From the IMG/VR virus record IMGVR_UViG_3300020577_007233, positions 61,593 through 125,592 of that record: a stretch of 64,000 bases of DNA, one strand, 5' to 3'. This stretch comes from a virus. Lineage: Duplodnaviria; Heunggongvirae; Uroviricota; Caudoviricetes. The notes below the pieces were generated by a model. That model did not search any database. It was given only the letters and a program-made list of their open reading frames with translations, and was not told the origin of the DNA. A program made the translations under genes and the position numbers. Of this stretch, positions 21,401-30,468 are shown in pieces; the first letter of the stretch is position 1, and every line of letters begins with the position of its first letter.

Positions 21401-23695
21401 GAACAAAGAGAAGAAATAGTTAATAGAAGAAGTCAAGGACTTCAGTTCAATCACAAGTTCATCTATTGTTTTGCCGACCAAAGAGGTTGAATAAACTTCT
21501 GTTGAAGTTCCTGCAAGGAATATCTTCAACTCACTACTTTCTGTTATTTGAACATCAAAGCTATAGCTAAAGATAGAATCATAAAGAGATAGAAAACTAA
21601 GCGCCTGAACGTTAGCCGTTACAAGTGCTGATTCGGAAGACAAAAGCGTTGTTCTGTTAGATATGGTTGTATCTATAACAAGGCCTTCTTGTATGTAACT
21701 AACAGCGGTAAATGGCGTTGTCTTTACGAGTTCCCAAAAATTGATCTTAGGATCGAATCCGGCAATAAATGTAGAATCACTATCATACTTTGGTATGAAA
21801 TAGCTATCAAAATAGCTAGCGCCTTTGGAGTGAGCAATATACAAGATACTCTCGTCAGGAGAAAGAGTTAGGCCGTTAACTTTGAGATCGAAAACATCTA
21901 CGCTTTCAGTAGAAGCAAGAACGGGCTTCTCTGTTTCTATAATCTTGTAGGTTTCGCCGCTCTCAGCCGCATTTAGAGGGTTTGAAGCAACAAGAACATT
22001 GCCTTCATGTTCTGTTATATCAGAAATAGAAGACCCTGTAAAGTCAATAAATCGTTCTAAGTGAATGCTTGAATATACAGAAGAACCAGGTTCATAATAC
22101 CCGTCTATGTTATATGCTATTCTCTTGAAATAGCCTGTAACTTCAGAACCGGCACTAGACCCAACTTCAATAAATCTATCACTTGAAAACTCGTTAAACA
22201 AATCTGAACCGTCAAGAATAAGCGAATTTTCTGCGTAAACCTTGATTGTGTTTTTCTTACCAACAATTATGATATTTCTTGGTTTTGTCAAGTCCAGGTC
22301 GAAAGACAAAACAGAACTTGCTCCGAGAAGAAGCTGAGCCTTGTTTGTGTAGAAACGAATTTCAGCGAATCGCTGTCCATCTCCCAGTGAGATTCTTTGA
22401 TATCCTTCTTCGCCAATAACGCTTACGGCAAGTTCAATAGTCCATCCTGTTTCATTGGAAACATCTCTTTCCCAAAGATTGCCAGCGACCCTAAAGCGGC
22501 TTGTTTCGTAGTGTTCAAACAAATCGTTCGTATCACTAGAAGCAACGGATATGTAATAATCAACACCCCTTCTAACAAGGTTATCTGGTATTGTAAACTT
22601 GAAATCATAGCTCTCAATAATAGTAGAAAAGACGTTCGAGGCTCCTGGCGCTGTTCCAAGCCTCAACGAAGCAAATCTCGCAGATCTATCAAACGGCTGA
22701 ATAACATCCCACTCTATTGTTGGATTTACGCTATTTACGCCAAGATTTTCAACAAGACCATCAACCCTAAGATTGATAGCCCTAAATCCTGCGTCTTGTA
22801 TAGTAACCGTATTAGAAGCAACAATGTCGCCGGAAAAGATTCCGTCACTAGGTGTGACAGTAAAGTATACTTCATCATTAGGCTTGAAAGCAAGTCGAAC
22901 AAATCTTTGATCGTCAGCCTCAGAAATAACATTACCATTGATGTACCACCTAATAAGGCTCTTGTCCTTAAGAAGCAGTTTACCAGAATCCGAATCATTA
23001 ACAACATAGTTTGCTTCAAGTATATCGTTTACGTTTGGATTGATAGGTAGAATCTGAAGGCTATCAATAACTGGCGGCTTCTTAGAAACAACTACTGCGG
23101 AAGCAAATACTGTTGGACCTTTTTCCATCCCGTCATCAGGAGTTGCTTCTGCATACCAGGTGTCACCAAACCTAACGTATTCGCTTGATATCTTTTGGTA
23201 GTTATCAAACTGACTGTAATGTATTCCGTTCCTGAACCATTTTGTCTTGATAACAGAAACTTCCGTTGTGTTACCAAGCTTAAGTTCGAGATCATTTCCT
23301 TCTGAAGGCTCGTCAGGAGATATTTTGGCAGAAGTCAAAAAGGGAAGACGGTTAATGTTGAATGAGAACTTTACCCAATCGCTTTCCTCATTGGTTGTGT
23401 CTTTTACTCTTATTTGTCCATAGAAAATCTCGCCTCTTTGAACGAACTTAGGCTTGAATCTCCAATACTGGGATCGGTCTCTAGCGTATGGTTGACGAAC
23501 AACATCAGATGCAAAAGAAGAAGAACCCCAGTTGATGGCATGCTTGGCTATTCTAATTTCATAGGAAAGCTGCTTAATGGCAGGAGTCGTTGTGGCTATT
23601 TCCCAGTTAATGGAAATGATATCAAGAGGAACTGTTATTACACTTCCTCCAACTTCTTGATTGTTGACACTAACCTTTGTTATCGTAATTGCCAT
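15431..23695 (-). CDS. Giant virion adhesin-like protein (Ig-like domains, lectin-like sandwiches, several beta-propellers)
   Basis: 2754 aa. Repeated propeller blades (HVVWEDYRNG, TTENGLPSN...WIGSDKGLIRYD, LYAATGYEGRIYK) and two C-terminal 'HFRVxFYxD' domains shared with 30469..37680. Confidence 0.75.
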   Translation of the reverse strand: MAITITKVSVNNQEVGGSVITVPLDIISINWEIATTTPAIKQLSYEIRIAKHAINWGSSSFASDVVRQPYARDRSQYWRFKPKFVQRGEIFYGQIRVKDTTNEESDWVKFSFNINRLPFLTSAKISPDEPSEGNDLELKLGNTTEVSVIKTKWFRNGIHYSQFDNYQKISSEYVRFGDTWYAEATPDDGMEKGPTVFASAVVVSKKPPVIDSLQILPINPNVNDILEANYVVNDSDSGKLLLKDKSLIRWYINGNVISEADDQRFVRLAFKPNDEVYFTVTPSDGIFSGDIVASNTVTIQDAGFRAINLRVDGLVENLGVNSVNPTIEWDVIQPFDRSARFASLRLGTAPGASNVFSTIIESYDFKFTIPDNLVRRGVDYYISVASSDTNDLFEHYETSRFRVAGNLWERDVSNETGWTIELAVSVIGEEGYQRISLGDGQRFAEIRFYTNKAQLLLGASSVLSFDLDLTKPRNIIIVGKKNTIKVYAENSLILDGSDLFNEFSSDRFIEVGSSAGSEVTGYFKRIAYNIDGYYEPGSSVYSSIHLERFIDFTGSSISDITEHEGNVLVASNPLNAAESGETYKIIETEKPVLASTESVDVFDLKVNGLTLSPDESILYIAHSKGASYFDSYFIPKYDSDSTFIAGFDPKINFWELVKTTPFTAVSYIQEGLVIDTTISNRTTLLSSESALVTANVQALSFLSLYDSIFSYSFDVQITESSELKIFLAGTSTEVYSTSLVGKTIDELVIELKSLTSSINYFFSLFYDVVALNGVGSQVASRLTTLPQTSLFPEYNLYGDYQIIDTYNPSPYGTLSTGKWFYAHRKKGTPWFDRVDNEKGWTVDFDFRVDEVEDSDTPSTVGKPKGVGLYVNDGLCSENLWFLPQEVVFEGTEQSFVYDTTSMTQYRLMGKKTKLKLFGKKSTDQSYQLIAETTTRTSGTNQGNAGRPSVFTDRFGVMHAAWHDDGLGLSRRQIYYNKFTSSEGWGEPELIVSDAFSSSNPCIAVDSAGGIYVVYETTRGDYTDISVVYGNGTSWSDPFLLTSNLYDSFAPKVAIDVKDNVHVVWEDYRNGHPQIFYCRRSASNGQWESAIFGGTDIQITADPVGAKRPALIANNTKLYVSWTSFNRNGSSSIKMAAYDDGSKNWVSSGQGGSDFSVSGLFFSKADNSDLVVDLKGQVAVVWNDVVDYNYQLFGRFINSRLVFAKPVMQLTSGDFDSTHPRCGLNTSTGDIFVVFEKQQEKIASPYDPYSARESDVSFKSPGVYAIKWDAYNQKWISSNQFPPAGYTTSFDVEFDFGLPRQCYRPTISRKFSSYLHILFESSEVSPANENIPNRDLFTQARVIDFSSKTMVPMFDVTVDLDLRLDGSLNRKELRFGDFSDNLSTRLVVGSLKYYLSDAVNPFKIGLVSSATTNIPNKQVLSTATNNRGDAWLGTENGLIFYNKTTKKAYVVDSDSSNVKELTVNGISFDKKSNMYLATSQGVYASADHSYFFKLNFGASEANAIEVDNLDNLFVCTNNGLYVVNLVNTYNKILVTKENVNQTNRSIDIVASEVQHFTTENGLPSNTLNVVRTDAGDVAWIGSDKGLIRYDSNGVSVFTTANGLNSNRINDIAIRNTAIRYIATTSGVNKMVGISVLPLNFDNTNAPPASINQVGVGDVNVPIFVNARSVIWKDPNILWIASTYNVFQITFIEESFTTEKTETTKFSSQDFTLSPVAHKKNDDLQTFRVVGIDDREIPSNAVFEVSLNGNKLTRGYSFSPEKKLIRFSYPLFETDIVSINVRFDVEKFGDFKQNKAQQIAIGNKATRLEKLISSGGSVYAMTGGDVNTVQINDQTTDLPFDRIILDRTPPTGKITLGARRDRTVFEVNVSPLESDTEGVFDATSGIDKMIVSNFTNFTSDGETPLEPIVFTRFLLHNIGDILDSVSRQYTFTSGSGNRLLNYHPVGGDPVIMAGTSSPANVYKYNGITQAWDKIDTLDTVGGIANPSASVEFLIEYQGKVYAGTGSPNGSGKIWVLNTGTMKFELLRTLPSNTHAYCAVVFDEVLYIGGGGGSYGALYSFDGTSTTEVFRNVSGAIYSLVESDRELYAATGYEGRIYKLDTKNNTQQIVDVNADRNVTSIGKATVNGQGYIFAGFGSSGQVKRSKVPNSPFIHSFKTVPSAVYSMKNIGGVLYAAIGNTLYYLDNVWTAKYTHREAIKDVVEGEDGLIWFISDSYIYKIGRVENVKKVYLKLIDRAGNETKLFTDVSQTQLDANLFDEISISDLAAFINRNRILKVDETGNTTSLREGNDRFYSGDLVEEETGEYYSEFFNGTNNLVSWDKISWDATVPDNTSVTIYVRTGATKDEILDKEFTFSVDAKEQNADISFLSGQFIQFRVVMKSRVRGLSPSLRNVVIRSISSDSTHFFTTNFALPSRIKSGIVTSTKILPVAADIVFGINTNNSTDFAEYQIVDENRIFTTEDGQIGSGMRVGIRFITPTRAEASGEIPGEYSPYGSPLFFNAVEWNFENSDASERTYNFNVSFYEDPGLTTLVYSASSSVSHIGFSSDGDIFSTGGEVFGPGQTKQLSFTPVGTTTLKCSTYYYVKIEAVSELGNSTVSEDHAFIESCGTTYVDTISFDFMNTSPNIETLHFRVRFYNDPERTDLKYTAFSGNDLTNWLVNEADIPVEGFTTDPGETISVNYTPSTSNIDANKTYYLSIDVYNGETFENNSNSFTFKANDLASQVYCGSYSDVPIVKNFSIMFELENNEFVSMRVHI

Positions 23696-23699
23696 TTAT

Positions 23700-24767
23700 T
23701 CATATCCTAACCGAGGCCTTAAAAAGCTTCAGGGCACCATTCTCTACGCTAACAATAGAGTCGGCATCAAAGATGTTTTTCTTTACGAACTTGATTTCGT
23801 CTTGGCTGGCAAAATCCCTTCTGACTTGCCACATCGTCCTATCCCCCTTGAACAGAACTCCATCGTTACGTCCGGCATAGAAATTCTTGCCGTTACTTAG
23901 CACTGACGTAACCCCAAGCGATGTTGGGTCATCGAATGCGAAACAATTACTTACAATACCTTGATAGAAAAGAGATTGTTCAACAATAGCTTCTGCCCCA
24001 ACGTTAATGATCTTTGCGATAGTCTTTCCGTCAACAGTATACTTACCTGAAAATACTACTTCATCTAAAAGGCCTGCATTGTTTCTAAGAAGAGAACTAT
24101 AACCAATTGCAGAGTTGTTAATGTGGAAATATACAGACGAGTTATCATTTAGATTCTCTGGAATAGAAAGACCATCCTCAGAAAAAAGCCTTACAGCTTT
24201 GCCGTCAATAAACACGTTCAGCTTTCTAGACGGTCCATAATAAGAAATCCAAAAATGATGAAACTTACCGCTTAAGTAAGCCTCAGTCTCAACCACAACA
24301 TCCGTTCCGTCAGAAGAGCGAAGATAAATCTTCAAAACGTTCAACCCATCTTCTCTGCATTCTTCGTAAAAAGCAAACGTACCATCTGTTGCTGTAACAA
24401 AGCCAGTGGAACTTGAATAAGAAAAGTTAGACTTGTCAAACAGCGACATACGATAATAAACAGAAGTGTTAGTCAGCGGATTGACTGTTGGTGAAATCCA
24501 AAAAGGCCTAAGCCAAAAACCAAAAGAAAACTCATCCGTCTTGGATAACAAAAGAGGGAGAAAAAGAGAAGCTTTAGGTCTCATTCTAAGACCATTACCG
24601 TAAACTGATTTTTCAGGAAAAGAGTATTGCTCACCCGAAGATTGAAGAAGCTGATCGCTAAGCTCTTCTCTGAATGGGCTTGATTCAAACTTCATCAAGA
24701 ACTTGGCATTGCTTATCAAAGATCTTGAATAGTCTGCTTTGGCTATGTTTAGGTCAATCGTTTCCAT
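23700..24767 (-). CDS. LamG/concanavalin-like lectin domain virion protein
   Basis: 355 aa; FSFGFWLRP, GKFHHFWISY, VFIDGK, GLLDEVVF match LamG-3 motifs. Confidence 0.75.
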   Translation of the reverse strand: METIDLNIAKADYSRSLISNAKFLMKFESSPFREELSDQLLQSSGEQYSFPEKSVYGNGLRMRPKASLFLPLLLSKTDEFSFGFWLRPFWISPTVNPLTNTSVYYRMSLFDKSNFSYSSSTGFVTATDGTFAFYEECREDGLNVLKIYLRSSDGTDVVVETEAYLSGKFHHFWISYYGPSRKLNVFIDGKAVRLFSEDGLSIPENLNDNSSVYFHINNSAIGYSSLLRNNAGLLDEVVFSGKYTVDGKTIAKIINVGAEAIVEQSLFYQGIVSNCFAFDDPTSLGVTSVLSNGKNFYAGRNDGVLFKGDRTMWQVRRDFASQDEIKFVKKNIFDADSIVSVENGALKLFKASVRI

Positions 24768-24768
24768 A

Positions 24769-26187
24769 TTAGACTTTGCTATATTTTACACTAAGAGAGA
24801 ACCTGTTATTAGGGAATTCGTCATTTGACTCTGCAATACTTCTTTCGATCCAAACATAAACAACTTCATTTGGTCTTAAATCGCTACCACTAAGCCTATT
24901 GCCTCCAACGTTTATCGAAACTGCACTTTCCTCGTTTGTAACATCGTAAAAGGCCGAAACTCTCGAACCTGAAGGAGCTTTTGTGCCTGATTTTGTTCTT
25001 TGACTTGGAGCGGTGTCTATGTAGAAAGAATCTCCAACGCCTATTGTATAAGGTAGTCTTTGATCAAGTTCAATCGTGCCGCTAGTTGGGTTGTAAGATT
25101 TGACAATTCTTACTTGACCAATATTCTGACCACTTGTAAAGACAAGAGGGGCTGAAACAAAATGAGACGAGTCAAACTCGCCAACCAAATCTGTAACAGT
25201 AAATGCCGTTATACCGCTCGTCGATGCGGTTCCTGCAAAATAATCGCTCAACGGAGCTTCTATAGCAAGACGTATCCTTGATAGGTTATTTCTACTGTTA
25301 ACATTGAAAAATACCTTCATATTTTTGGCGACATCACTTGTGTTAATGTTTTTGATCGCAACGCATCTGTATTGTTTTCGATCCGGGCCAAAGTTAGTAT
25401 CAAAGAAATCATTCTTAAGTATCTCTCTAACAATAGAATTCTTCGGATGCATTCTAAGCGGAGTGTCAAAAGAGTTTCTTTCGGAAATATATGCTATGTT
25501 ACCGACCCATTTGCCAACTTTCATGATCTCATCATTTATTTGAACATATTCAGACTTCTGTAGATCTACCAACGAGAACCTAGGACTCAAAGATTGAGGA
25601 TTAATGTAGATAACACTGTCATATATAGACATAGTATCAGACAATAGCAATCCGTCATGTATTTCGCTTAGGCTTACATACCCCCCAAGCGATTGAACGA
25701 GATTATTTTGTACAGCAACTGGTTCAGCAGACGTAAGAATGAATCTGATATCTTGATCTAACGAAGAAAATACCGAGTTAACATCAATGTTTGTTGAATT
25801 GAAATAGGCCCACTTGCCTGAGATGTCAACAAATGCGGTATCACTTAGTATGAGGGTTGAAGTAAACCCCGCTGAGTTAATAACATCAGCAGATACATCA
25901 GGATAAGTATTGAGTAAAGTTACTAGATCGTCAATCGTTTGACCAACAAGGGGAATCTGTATAACAGTTGACTCTACTCCACTCTCGTCCTTGAATACAA
26001 CAGCAAAAATCTTTACGTCATTAGCTGTCAAGATACAGGCTTTAGCTGATGTAAATAGCGTTATTGATGTTTCGCTCTTTACGAATTGTACCCTAAAGAC
26101 AGAAAGACTGTCACCAACATATGATGGAACAGTCTCTGAGGTCAAGTTGTAAGTGCCTGAAAATTCTGGCTTGTCAAGAACGCTCAT
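24769..26187 (-). CDS. Putative tail-tip structural protein
   Basis: 472 aa, beta-rich. QSLGGYVS...FFD...QYRCVAIKN...DLRPNEVVYVWIER resembles a phage structural family. ATGA-coupled to the upstream gene. Confidence 0.6.
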   Translation of the reverse strand: MSVLDKPEFSGTYNLTSETVPSYVGDSLSVFRVQFVKSETSITLFTSAKACILTANDVKIFAVVFKDESGVESTVIQIPLVGQTIDDLVTLLNTYPDVSADVINSAGFTSTLILSDTAFVDISGKWAYFNSTNIDVNSVFSSLDQDIRFILTSAEPVAVQNNLVQSLGGYVSLSEIHDGLLLSDTMSIYDSVIYINPQSLSPRFSLVDLQKSEYVQINDEIMKVGKWVGNIAYISERNSFDTPLRMHPKNSIVREILKNDFFDTNFGPDRKQYRCVAIKNINTSDVAKNMKVFFNVNSRNNLSRIRLAIEAPLSDYFAGTASTSGITAFTVTDLVGEFDSSHFVSAPLVFTSGQNIGQVRIVKSYNPTSGTIELDQRLPYTIGVGDSFYIDTAPSQRTKSGTKAPSGSRVSAFYDVTNEESAVSINVGGNRLSGSDLRPNEVVYVWIERSIAESNDEFPNNRFSLSVKYSKV

Positions 26188-27749
26188 ACTTGTACCTCTG
26201 TAAAGGTGTCTCCGTCATATACGAACAACTTTTTTGCGTTTCTGGGTACAATATACAACAACGAGTTGTCTGAATAAAGTCGCATGAACTGGAAGCTGAA
26301 TGAACGAACAAAGCTAAGAGTTGACTCATCGTAAGAGTAAAGATTCCCGTTCTTGCAGCCCAAGAAAAGCTTGTTTTCATACTGATACATCGTCGTTATT
26401 TCAGAGTCAACTTCGCTCAAGCTAAAAGCTTCTTCCAAAACAAAGCCCGTCCATCTATATACCAATGCGGTTGAATCCGATGTCTTGACTGAAATGTAAA
26501 GAGTATCACCAAAGAAGGTAATACAGTTTATCTGTTCATTGACGTAGGTAATAAATGAGTTGATTGGATTAAGTCTATAGATGGCTGGCTGTTCTCCATT
26601 TTTAGCAAGCCAAACAACGTTCATACCTTTTTGAACAGCAATATCCGAAACGTCTTCATTATTTACATCGAACAAGACTCTAAACGATTTTGTTGCTTGA
26701 GACGTTCTGTTAGCTCCGTAGTCTTGAAATTTAACCTTGAGCGTTTTTACTCCGTCATCTTCGGTAAGCTTCCAAAACTTAACGTTTGCAAAAGACTCTG
26801 GCGCGCCAACAATATCAGTATCCGCTGATTCAATGAACTGCATTGAGTGAACTCCTGTAATCTCATCGTAAGAATAAAGACGTACCGAAACGTTCTCGTC
26901 CCTTGTAAACTGATCTGCGTTATTTATCTGTACATATCCTGTTGGTGGTTTAGTATCAATCAAGAAAAAGCCTTCCTGTATGATAGAAACATCTCGTATG
27001 TTTACTTCTTCTGACTTATTGCCATCATCGTCAGCTAAATAAACAGTAATAACGTAATCGTCAGATGGAGGAATAAGAGTAGTATCCCACACTAAAGGAC
27101 CGCTTCCTACGGGGATTTTTTGAGCCACCGGAGTAAATGGAACAGAAGCCTTTACGGAACTGAAGTAGATGTAATACTTTGCTCTTTGCGCAAAACTATT
27201 CAAAACAGACGTATCATCAAAAACGAATTTGATGCTTGTTCCATACCTCTGTCCAGGAACAGGAGAAAGTACCGCTGGCGTAACAGGTAATGACTTGAGA
27301 ACTGTAAAAGACGCCGCAGAAACAGAAAGATCGCTTCTTTCGCCTCTACTATTTACCGCCCTAACTCCAACCCTAACATTGTTACTTTTGACGCTATTGC
27401 CAACTCTCCATAGATACTTACCAACTCCTGTTGGCACGGAAGCAATCATCTTCCAATCAGGCTCCGTCATATAGTCATAGTTCTCTGTAAAGTAAACCTC
27501 ATACCATACTTCAAGATTATCCGCAGAAGGAGGCTTGGGTTCTTTCCAGGATATTTCGATTTCCCTTGTCAGTATATTCTCTCCGCCATTTGGATAGACA
27601 AGAGTTGGTCTATTTATGGCGTTTTGAGGGCCAGAGGTTAAAAGAGTTGGAATTGTTGGTTGCGTAGGCGGAGTTACAATTCGCCAATCAAAAAAGAGAT
27701 TGAATTCATCAGGGATGGACCAGCTATATGAAACAGAAACTGAACTCAT
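26184..27749 (-). CDS. Virion protein with FN3/Ig-like domains and a C-terminal beta-propeller
   Basis: 521 aa; LVYPNGGE..EISW, VRVGVRAVNSRGERS, DTKPPTGYVQINN, LFLGCKNGNLYSYD. Confidence 0.7.
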   Translation of the reverse strand: MSSVSVSYSWSIPDEFNLFFDWRIVTPPTQPTIPTLLTSGPQNAINRPTLVYPNGGENILTREIEISWKEPKPPSADNLEVWYEVYFTENYDYMTEPDWKMIASVPTGVGKYLWRVGNSVKSNNVRVGVRAVNSRGERSDLSVSAASFTVLKSLPVTPAVLSPVPGQRYGTSIKFVFDDTSVLNSFAQRAKYYIYFSSVKASVPFTPVAQKIPVGSGPLVWDTTLIPPSDDYVITVYLADDDGNKSEEVNIRDVSIIQEGFFLIDTKPPTGYVQINNADQFTRDENVSVRLYSYDEITGVHSMQFIESADTDIVGAPESFANVKFWKLTEDDGVKTLKVKFQDYGANRTSQATKSFRVLFDVNNEDVSDIAVQKGMNVVWLAKNGEQPAIYRLNPINSFITYVNEQINCITFFGDTLYISVKTSDSTALVYRWTGFVLEEAFSLSEVDSEITTMYQYENKLFLGCKNGNLYSYDESTLSFVRSFSFQFMRLYSDNSLLYIVPRNAKKLFVYDGDTFTEVQV

Positions 27750-29317
27750 GATGGAACGCTTCCTTCGCTATAGTTGATCGTGAAAATTCCGTCCTTCAAA
27801 CCAACAGTTAGCGTATCAAACAACACAGTAACAACTAAGGAGTTGGAACCATTTGGGGCCAAGGCAAACGGAAGAGAATAAGTTCCAACAATAGAAAGAT
27901 CTTCGCTCGCTGTCAAAGAATCAATCATTAGGTTCTTATATACTCCGTCGTTCCTTAATGTATACGATTTAGTGTAAGACTTACCCTTGTCAATAGAGCC
28001 AACATCAAAATCTTCACCATCAATAAGTTCGCTGTTGTCTGAAGAAAATGTCAAACTCGTATGCGGTAAAACAGAATATGTTAGAGTAAAAACAAACGGA
28101 TTATTTAGGGAATCGTTAGAAGAAACGCTAACTGTAATTGACTTGTTGCCCAAAGTAGAAGTAATAGTGCTTAGATTCAAAGTTGCATAATTCGATGCTG
28201 ATATACTAGCTCCTGCAACAAGGGTTGTACCTGCGCCTACCGTTGCATCTCCAGAAACTGTTACACCATTGATAGTAAGAGCAGTTTGCCCCTGATTATA
28301 GAACAAAATACTCACTGTTCTTGCTATTTCAAGAGGAGCAGAAGCTATTGCAAACGATTTGTTTTTGATTATTTGCGTTGATCCATAAAAAGGAACAATC
28401 ACAGGGGGATTGACTTCGTTCGGAGCGTCAACCTTGAAACTCATATACAAGAAAAATGTAGCGGCGTTTACTGCGTTACTAGATATTTTCAATCTTTGCG
28501 CGTCAAAAGCACCTTGAGCGGTGGTGTCTAGCGTTACTATTAGCTCTTCTTTTTTAGTTGGAGATATAGACGTAGGAAACGAAGCAAAACTTATTTCCTT
28601 TATGCCAGCATCCGAAATTTCTATGCTGTCAATAACTAAATCATCTGAACCGTTGTTCTCTATGAAAAAAGATACCTGAGTTGATTCGTTCTGCACAAAA
28701 GAACCCAAATCAACAGAAACTGAGTCTTCAACTGGACTGTCGTTGTAGGTTACTGTTATAGTTGGACCAGAAACTTCAGCAACCTCTATAACTTGAAGTA
28801 TCTCGTAAACATAGATCTTCTGCGAGACAACCATATTCGAAGCGCTGAAATTAAATCTTGCAAAGAGAGAGGTCGCTGCCAGCAATTCGCTTCTAGAAGG
28901 AACTCCGGTGGTTAGGTCAAAAGTAATTTCCGCTGTCTTGAAACCAGAATCAGAAGGCGAATATGTTGATGTCTTGTATTTTGGCACAAGAGTTTGTACT
29001 GAACTGTCTAGAGCCAAAGAAAGATGTGCAGAAATTGAACCATTTGTATTTGGAGATTCAATTTTGAACCTAATGTAATAGGTAATACTATTGACTTCAT
29101 AGTTCTCGTATAAGTTCAAGAAAGTAGTTCTGTCTGAGTCTTCAAACTTACATACAAATAAGTCTGTTGTGTAATTCTTATCAGGAGATGAGACGTAAGA
29201 AAACTTGACGTTAGTTGGATTAGCGCCTACAATCTGTGCTTGATCTATCCAAACACCACCACCACCCGCCGAAATAGATGACGGTTGTAATAGATAGTTT
29301 TCTAGAATTGTTGCCAT
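27746..29317 (-). CDS. Ig-like (choice-of-anchor D/ASH-type) repeat protein
   Basis: 523 aa. Three repeats of D.GS...F.I.N.G...L.I..I......FDT...G.K...ISSND..NPF. Confidence 0.75.
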   Translation of the reverse strand: MATILENYLLQPSSISAGGGGVWIDQAQIVGANPTNVKFSYVSSPDKNYTTDLFVCKFEDSDRTTFLNLYENYEVNSITYYIRFKIESPNTNGSISAHLSLALDSSVQTLVPKYKTSTYSPSDSGFKTAEITFDLTTGVPSRSELLAATSLFARFNFSASNMVVSQKIYVYEILQVIEVAEVSGPTITVTYNDSPVEDSVSVDLGSFVQNESTQVSFFIENNGSDDLVIDSIEISDAGIKEISFASFPTSISPTKKEELIVTLDTTAQGAFDAQRLKISSNAVNAATFFLYMSFKVDAPNEVNPPVIVPFYGSTQIIKNKSFAIASAPLEIARTVSILFYNQGQTALTINGVTVSGDATVGAGTTLVAGASISASNYATLNLSTITSTLGNKSITVSVSSNDSLNNPFVFTLTYSVLPHTSLTFSSDNSELIDGEDFDVGSIDKGKSYTKSYTLRNDGVYKNLMIDSLTASEDLSIVGTYSLPFALAPNGSNSLVVTVLFDTLTVGLKDGIFTINYSEGSVPS

Positions 29318-29326
29318 TACTTATCC

Positions 29327-30445
29327 TTAAGCTGAAACTTCCCACTGTATTCTGAGCGATGCGTTTTTTCTACCAAGAGTAGCCGAACCAAATCTTGCAA
29401 CAAACTCAACAATGTTTCTTTCATTAGGTTGCAAGACATAAGGAAGAGATGGAACTCCTATCAAAGACACTTCCCCATCAGAAGATATGCTCAAAAGCCT
29501 AATACCATAAGAAATGCCTCTGTTGCTTACGCTTATATTTCTGTTTATGATGGTTCGCTTGTTAAAAGACCCAAGATTAACCGTTTCATCTTCTGCAACC
29601 TCTTCAGAAGACTCTTGAACAATTAAATCAAAAGCCTTGGCAACTGTATATGTGATGGTAAAAATAAACGGGTTTTCATCAGAGTCATTAGAAGTTATAG
29701 TAACAATTACGGACTTGTTTCCAAGATCTGCTGTATCCAGTCTAATAGCAAAAGATGTTGATGCGTTAAATCCCAAGGTTACGCTACTGGAAGCTGTAGG
29801 GTCAGTGGTAAGCAATTCATTACCTGTAATCAAGGTAAGATCTATGCCGTTTTGAGAAATGATCAAGTTAGGAGTTGCATAGTTGAAAATGCTGAATGAT
29901 ATATCAGTAATGCCTTCTTTAGGATAAGAACCCAAAGAAACAACAGAGTCATTTTGGACTTGAGAACCATTATATACAACAGCAATATCGGGAACCAAAG
30001 TAGAGGGAGACGTTACTGTAAAGAAAAAGGTATGATTATGCTTGGGAGTAGAATCATCACTTGATAGAACTGAGACTTCAAAACTCTTATTACCGACTAC
30101 TGTAGTGTCAAACTTAACTGTAAATGATATACCACTAGAACCTTGAACTATATTCAAAGCTCCTGAGCTAGAGGGGTTTGAGTTTATTACAGCAGAACCG
30201 CCAGTCTCGATACTAATACCGTTTTGAGGTATAGTTAATACGCTACCAGTATCTCCTACGTTTTTGACGTAAAGAGTAATAGATGTGTCTGTATTCTGAA
30301 CAAATGAGCCAACAGAATGAAAGCCTCCATCTGTAAGAATTTCTCCGCTTGCAGAGTTAAGTCTTACCTCTATTCGAGGAAACAATGGATTATCTGGCTC
30401 AATTGGCCCCTCTACTGACTGATTTGGTGGATCTGTTATTGGCAT
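29327..30445 (-). CDS. Ig-like (choice-of-anchor D/ASH-type) repeat protein, paralog of the downstream gene
   Basis: 372 aa with three repeats of the same motif (KFDTTVVGNKS, RLDTADLGNKS...ITSNDSDENPF). SD GGGGGAG lies upstream. Confidence 0.75.
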   Translation of the reverse strand: MPITDPPNQSVEGPIEPDNPLFPRIEVRLNSASGEILTDGGFHSVGSFVQNTDTSITLYVKNVGDTGSVLTIPQNGISIETGGSAVINSNPSSSGALNIVQGSSGISFTVKFDTTVVGNKSFEVSVLSSDDSTPKHNHTFFFTVTSPSTLVPDIAVVYNGSQVQNDSVVSLGSYPKEGITDISFSIFNYATPNLIISQNGIDLTLITGNELLTTDPTASSSVTLGFNASTSFAIRLDTADLGNKSVIVTITSNDSDENPFIFTITYTVAKAFDLIVQESSEEVAEDETVNLGSFNKRTIINRNISVSNRGISYGIRLLSISSDGEVSLIGVPSLPYVLQPNERNIVEFVARFGSATLGRKNASLRIQWEVSA

Positions 30446-30468
30446 TCAATCTCCCCCTTTACACTAAC

